The translations under genes were made by a program, and so were the position numbers. Source: a virus (taxonomy: Duplodnaviria; Heunggongvirae; Uroviricota; Caudoviricetes). From it: a DNA stretch of 24,124 nucleotides. The stretch is from the IMG/VR virus record IMGVR_UViG_3300042569_001383, positions 1 through 24,124 of that record. One strand, given 5' to 3'. The notes beneath the pieces were generated by a model that was given only the letters and a program-made list of their open reading frames with translations, ran no database searches and was not told where the DNA came from. Numbering within the stretch: position 1 is the first letter of the stretch; every line of letters starts with the position of its first letter. Positions 21,650-24,124 of this stretch are shown one piece after another.

Positions 21650-21773
21650 CTACTATAATTTTAATTTTACCTAATGAGAACATATCAACTACTAGTGCAC
21701 ATTCTTTCATATTTTTACATCCACTTAAATCTACTCGTACGATGCGTCTCTTCTGTTTACTTTGTTTGCTCAT
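21633..21773 (-). CDS. Small hypothetical protein (46 aa, MSKQSKQKRRIVRVD...)
   Basis: Hand-translated; fills gap between co-oriented genes. Confidence 0.45.
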   Translation of the reverse strand: MSKQSKQKRRIVRVDLSGCKNMKECALVVDMFSLGKIKIIVDEHVR

Positions 21774-21774
21774 A

Positions 21775-22089
21775 TTATTTTGTTCCTAATGTTGGTTTTA
21801 ATGTGAAATCAACCCAAACTCTGCAAACAATTAATTCTAATCCAACCATATATGTGTTTACGGTGTTGTTGGTTGAGAATGTTTCCGAAACGACCATTTT
21901 TCCATCTTTATTTCGTTTACTGGCACCAACAACTTTACTTCGTTTGGCCCATATACCTAACCGGAACGTTGTTCTGAGTTTGTGGGCTTCATAGTTAGAA
22001 CTCAGAACGCCGTCTTTTGCACCTGGTTCCCATCTATGACGTAATACCCATGTTGCTCGGAAAGGGCCAATCTTTGTTCTTGCTATCAT
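21775..22089 (-). CDS. Hypothetical protein (104 aa)
   Basis: ORF track. Confidence 0.7.
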   Translation of the reverse strand: MIARTKIGPFRATWVLRHRWEPGAKDGVLSSNYEAHKLRTTFRLGIWAKRSKVVGASKRNKDGKMVVSETFSTNNTVNTYMVGLELIVCRVWVDFTLKPTLGTK

Positions 22090-22093
22090 AATT

Positions 22094-22420
22094 TTATTTA
22101 ATTAAGTCTAACCAATCTGTATCTGCCGGCATAATATTTACCGGAATATCATTTTCAACCCCACGTGCAATAATAGTATTCAACATGTTTTCTGAATATG
22201 ATGTTGCAATTCCATATGCCGTTTTCCAACATACATATACAGATCCAGAATAACCAATAAAATTATAATATTCTCCGGCATCTTCAACACTTTTAATACC
22301 GCTATTGATTTGCCAAGAATCTCCATCTAAATAACCACCTGCCCAAGACGCAAAGACTTTGTAAATTGGATCTGTGTTTCCAATTCGAATCACAACCCAT
22401 TTATCTGTTTTCGTTTCCAT
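22094..22420 (-). CDS. Hypothetical phage protein (DKWVV...WAGGYLDGDSWQINSGI type)
   Basis: ORF track. Confidence 0.75.
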   Translation of the reverse strand: METKTDKWVVIRIGNTDPIYKVFASWAGGYLDGDSWQINSGIKSVEDAGEYYNFIGYSGSVYVCWKTAYGIATSYSENMLNTIIARGVENDIPVNIMPADTDWLDLIK

Positions 22421-22425
22421 GTTTA

Positions 22426-22680
22426 TTAGTTTAAAAACATTGATTGATATTTTTCGCTTTTTTGCAACACAACATAAAATTCATTAATTGACATTGCTCT
22501 AACGCTAGGTTCATCTGGAACATCAATTACGAATTCTAAATCTGCTTTGTCAATTGTTTTCAGATATTGTATGTAGTTATCATATGCTGATATCGTTTCC
22601 TCATCATGAATTACAATCTTTACTGGTGTCGGTAAAACTTGATTCATACCAACGCCTAAATTAACTTCGAATATTTTCAT
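22426..22680 (-). CDS. Hypothetical protein (84 aa)
   Basis: ORF track; promoter just upstream. Confidence 0.7.
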   Translation of the reverse strand: MKIFEVNLGVGMNQVLPTPVKIVIHDEETISAYDNYIQYLKTIDKADLEFVIDVPDEPSVRAMSINEFYVVLQKSEKYQSMFLN

Positions 22681-22691
22681 TTTTTTATTTT

Positions 22692-22720
22692 ATTATAAGA
22701 AATTTAATTCAAATTACCAA
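22692..22720 (-). promoter_or_regulatory. Promoter TTGGTA-N17-TATAAT
   Basis: Repeated promoter motif. Confidence 0.7.
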
Positions 22721-23058
22721 GTGTCAATCTCAGTTAAATCCAACATAGTATTGGCTAATGAACTATAAACTGTGACTACAACACCAACAGCATTCGGACT
22801 AAATGTATATTCATATTCGCCGTATGATCCATAGATTGCTTTGATATGTTCTTGCCACTCGTTGAATTTTTTTGCTTGAGACATGGATAATCCATATGTT
22901 TTTTCGTAAACAAAGTTACCGTAATCTGAATTTGTTTTCCATGTTTCAAACATACGTTGCGTCCATTCAGGTCCAGCATCATGAGTTAATCCATCTTCAA
23001 ATTCTACGTGAGTGTTAGACAATATGAATGATGTCCAATTTAATAACCAATGTTCCAT
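22714..23058 (-). CDS. Hypothetical protein (114 aa)
   Basis: ORF track. Confidence 0.7.
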   Translation of the reverse strand: MEHWLLNWTSFILSNTHVEFEDGLTHDAGPEWTQRMFETWKTNSDYGNFVYEKTYGLSMSQAKKFNEWQEHIKAIYGSYGEYEYTFSPNAVGVVVTVYSSLANTMLDLTEIDTW

Positions 23059-23060
23059 AA

Positions 23061-23453
23061 TTAGTTTTGTTTTCGTTTTTCATACTCAGCATCACATAAA
23101 GTTGCGTGCCAACCTAAATCAGTACGTAGTTTGCCAGGCGTACCTGTTACTTCGCAAATTTCATAGCTATCGTGTTCTGCTTTGCGAATTCTATCAAATA
23201 CCGCATCGGTTGCGCCATTGATATAAAATCGTAATCCGCCAAACTTTTCTTTTACTTGGCAAGTTTGTCTATCCCAACCCAATGCAATTAGGTCTTCAAT
23301 TAATTCTTTTAAAAGTGGAAACCAACCTGTTTCGCACTCAAAGATACCAGAACTAGTAATTGGTTCTCGGTCTGTATAGTAACCATGTTGCAACCCTCCT
23401 ATAGATTCAAGGAAGTTGTCCATTTCTACTCGTGTCATTGTGAGTTTACTCAT
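23061..23453 (-). CDS. Hypothetical phage protein (QVKEKFGGLRFY motif)
   Basis: ORF track. Confidence 0.75.
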   Translation of the reverse strand: MSKLTMTRVEMDNFLESIGGLQHGYYTDREPITSSGIFECETGWFPLLKELIEDLIALGWDRQTCQVKEKFGGLRFYINGATDAVFDRIRKAEHDSYEICEVTGTPGKLRTDLGWHATLCDAEYEKRKQN

Positions 23454-23904
23454 TTTTTAAACGGTTAATTAAATAGCTTAGTACTGCAAATTCAGATTCA
23501 TGAAACCCAAATTGTTTAACGCCACAATCGCTACTGATAACGACATCATAACCTTCACCATTAGTCCATTCCGTAACCTCGATAAAATCATGTTCTTTAT
23601 GCCATATGGTTTGCAGTGTAGAAAATACGGACTTGCGTTGTTTGATTTCAGTTTTACCAACGTAATATTTTTCAGCATACTCAGCATCACTTAAAGTTTC
23701 ATCTTCAACAACTGCGAGTTGTTCTCGTATATTTTTAATATTGAAAATTCCACCTGGTAACTGGTCTTTTGTAAGTACCGGAGTACTGTCTTCATAAAAC
23801 TCAGCATATGGTTCATTTGTAAACCAAACCTCGGTAGAAGTCCGACGAGCAATTTCTATTAACTTGCCGGACTTGTTGCGTACATAATAAATTGTCTCTT
23901 CCAT
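23446..23904 (-). CDS. Hypothetical protein (152 aa)
   Basis: ORF track; promoter just upstream. Confidence 0.7.
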   Translation of the reverse strand: MEETIYYVRNKSGKLIEIARRTSTEVWFTNEPYAEFYEDSTPVLTKDQLPGGIFNIKNIREQLAVVEDETLSDAEYAEKYYVGKTEIKQRKSVFSTLQTIWHKEHDFIEVTEWTNGEGYDVVISSDCGVKQFGFHESEFAVLSYLINRLKNE

Positions 23905-23918
23905 CTTATTTTTTCATT

Positions 23919-23947
23919 ATAATATGAAATTTAATTGGAGATTCCAA
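23919..23947 (-). promoter_or_regulatory. Promoter TTGGAA-N17-TATTAT
   Basis: Repeated promoter motif. Confidence 0.7.
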
Positions 23948-23949
23948 CC

Positions 23950-24123
23950 TTAATGTGAATCGCCTACATTATTTTTTTCGCCATAAATCAAATAATCTGG
24001 ATTGATTACTTTGGCTACTTGACGACGACTACCACTTAATTCTTTGATTACGATGCCTTCGTGTGGTACTTTGGTGCCTTCAATGAAATTCTTGAAAGTG
24101 AATTGGTCTTGTACTTCTTGTGA
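23950..24123 (-). CDS. C-terminal fragment of a probable RNA ligase (Rnl2-type nucleotidyltransferase)
   Basis: Hand-translated ...PHEGIVIKELSGSRRQVAKVINPDYLIY...*; EGIVIK resembles motif IV and KVINPDYL motif V. Confidence 0.65.
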   Translation of the reverse strand, partial: SQEVQDQFTFKNFIEGTKVPHEGIVIKELSGSRRQVAKVINPDYLIYGEKNNVGDSH

Positions 24124-24124
24124 C

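Noticed and set aside
420-23694. Plus-strand ORFs in the track (e.g. 420..746, 3570..3974, 11425..11805, 18051..18428, 21674..21994)
   Set aside because: They are antisense shadows of well-supported minus-strand genes, with no recognisable motifs, and all promoter motifs point to the minus strand.
1-24124. Stop-codon reassignment (alternative genetic code), common in large phages
   Set aside because: Genes are full length in code 11, TAG and TGA occur at gene junctions, and no suppressor (CTA/TCA/TTA) anticodon is present.

Overview
AT-rich, densely coding segment of a large (jumbo-type) dsDNA phage genome. Essentially all genes are on the minus strand. The host is probably Bacteroidota, inferred from a T9SS type-B sorting domain, Ser-Gln signal-peptide junctions, a small lipoprotein and mostly SD-less A-rich starts. 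Contents: many short hypothetical genes; RNA/nucleotide-processing enzymes (partial RNA ligase, HAD phosphatase, two calcineurin-like phosphoesterases, cyclic-phosphate receiver domain, HD/(p)ppGpp-hydrolase-like protein); RlpA-like protein; AAA ATPase; acyl-CoA thioesterase; GNAT; ThyA; and a 4.5-kb tRNA array. The array holds 24 canonical tRNAs covering all 20 amino acids, one degenerate CAT tRNA, one anticodon-less tRNA-like RNA, two free-standing endonucleases and several structured spacers. Twelve copies of a TTGGAW-like/N17/TATAAT-like promoter punctuate the region. Best candidate for an undescribed system: directly upstream of the tRNA array is an unannotated 44-codon leader ORF (17383-17517) containing all 20 amino acids, followed by mutually exclusive antiterminator and terminator hairpins. 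This is the architecture of a ribosome-mediated attenuator that could sense general tRNA shortage and switch on the phage tRNA array. All structures were read by eye; no folding or database searches were run.
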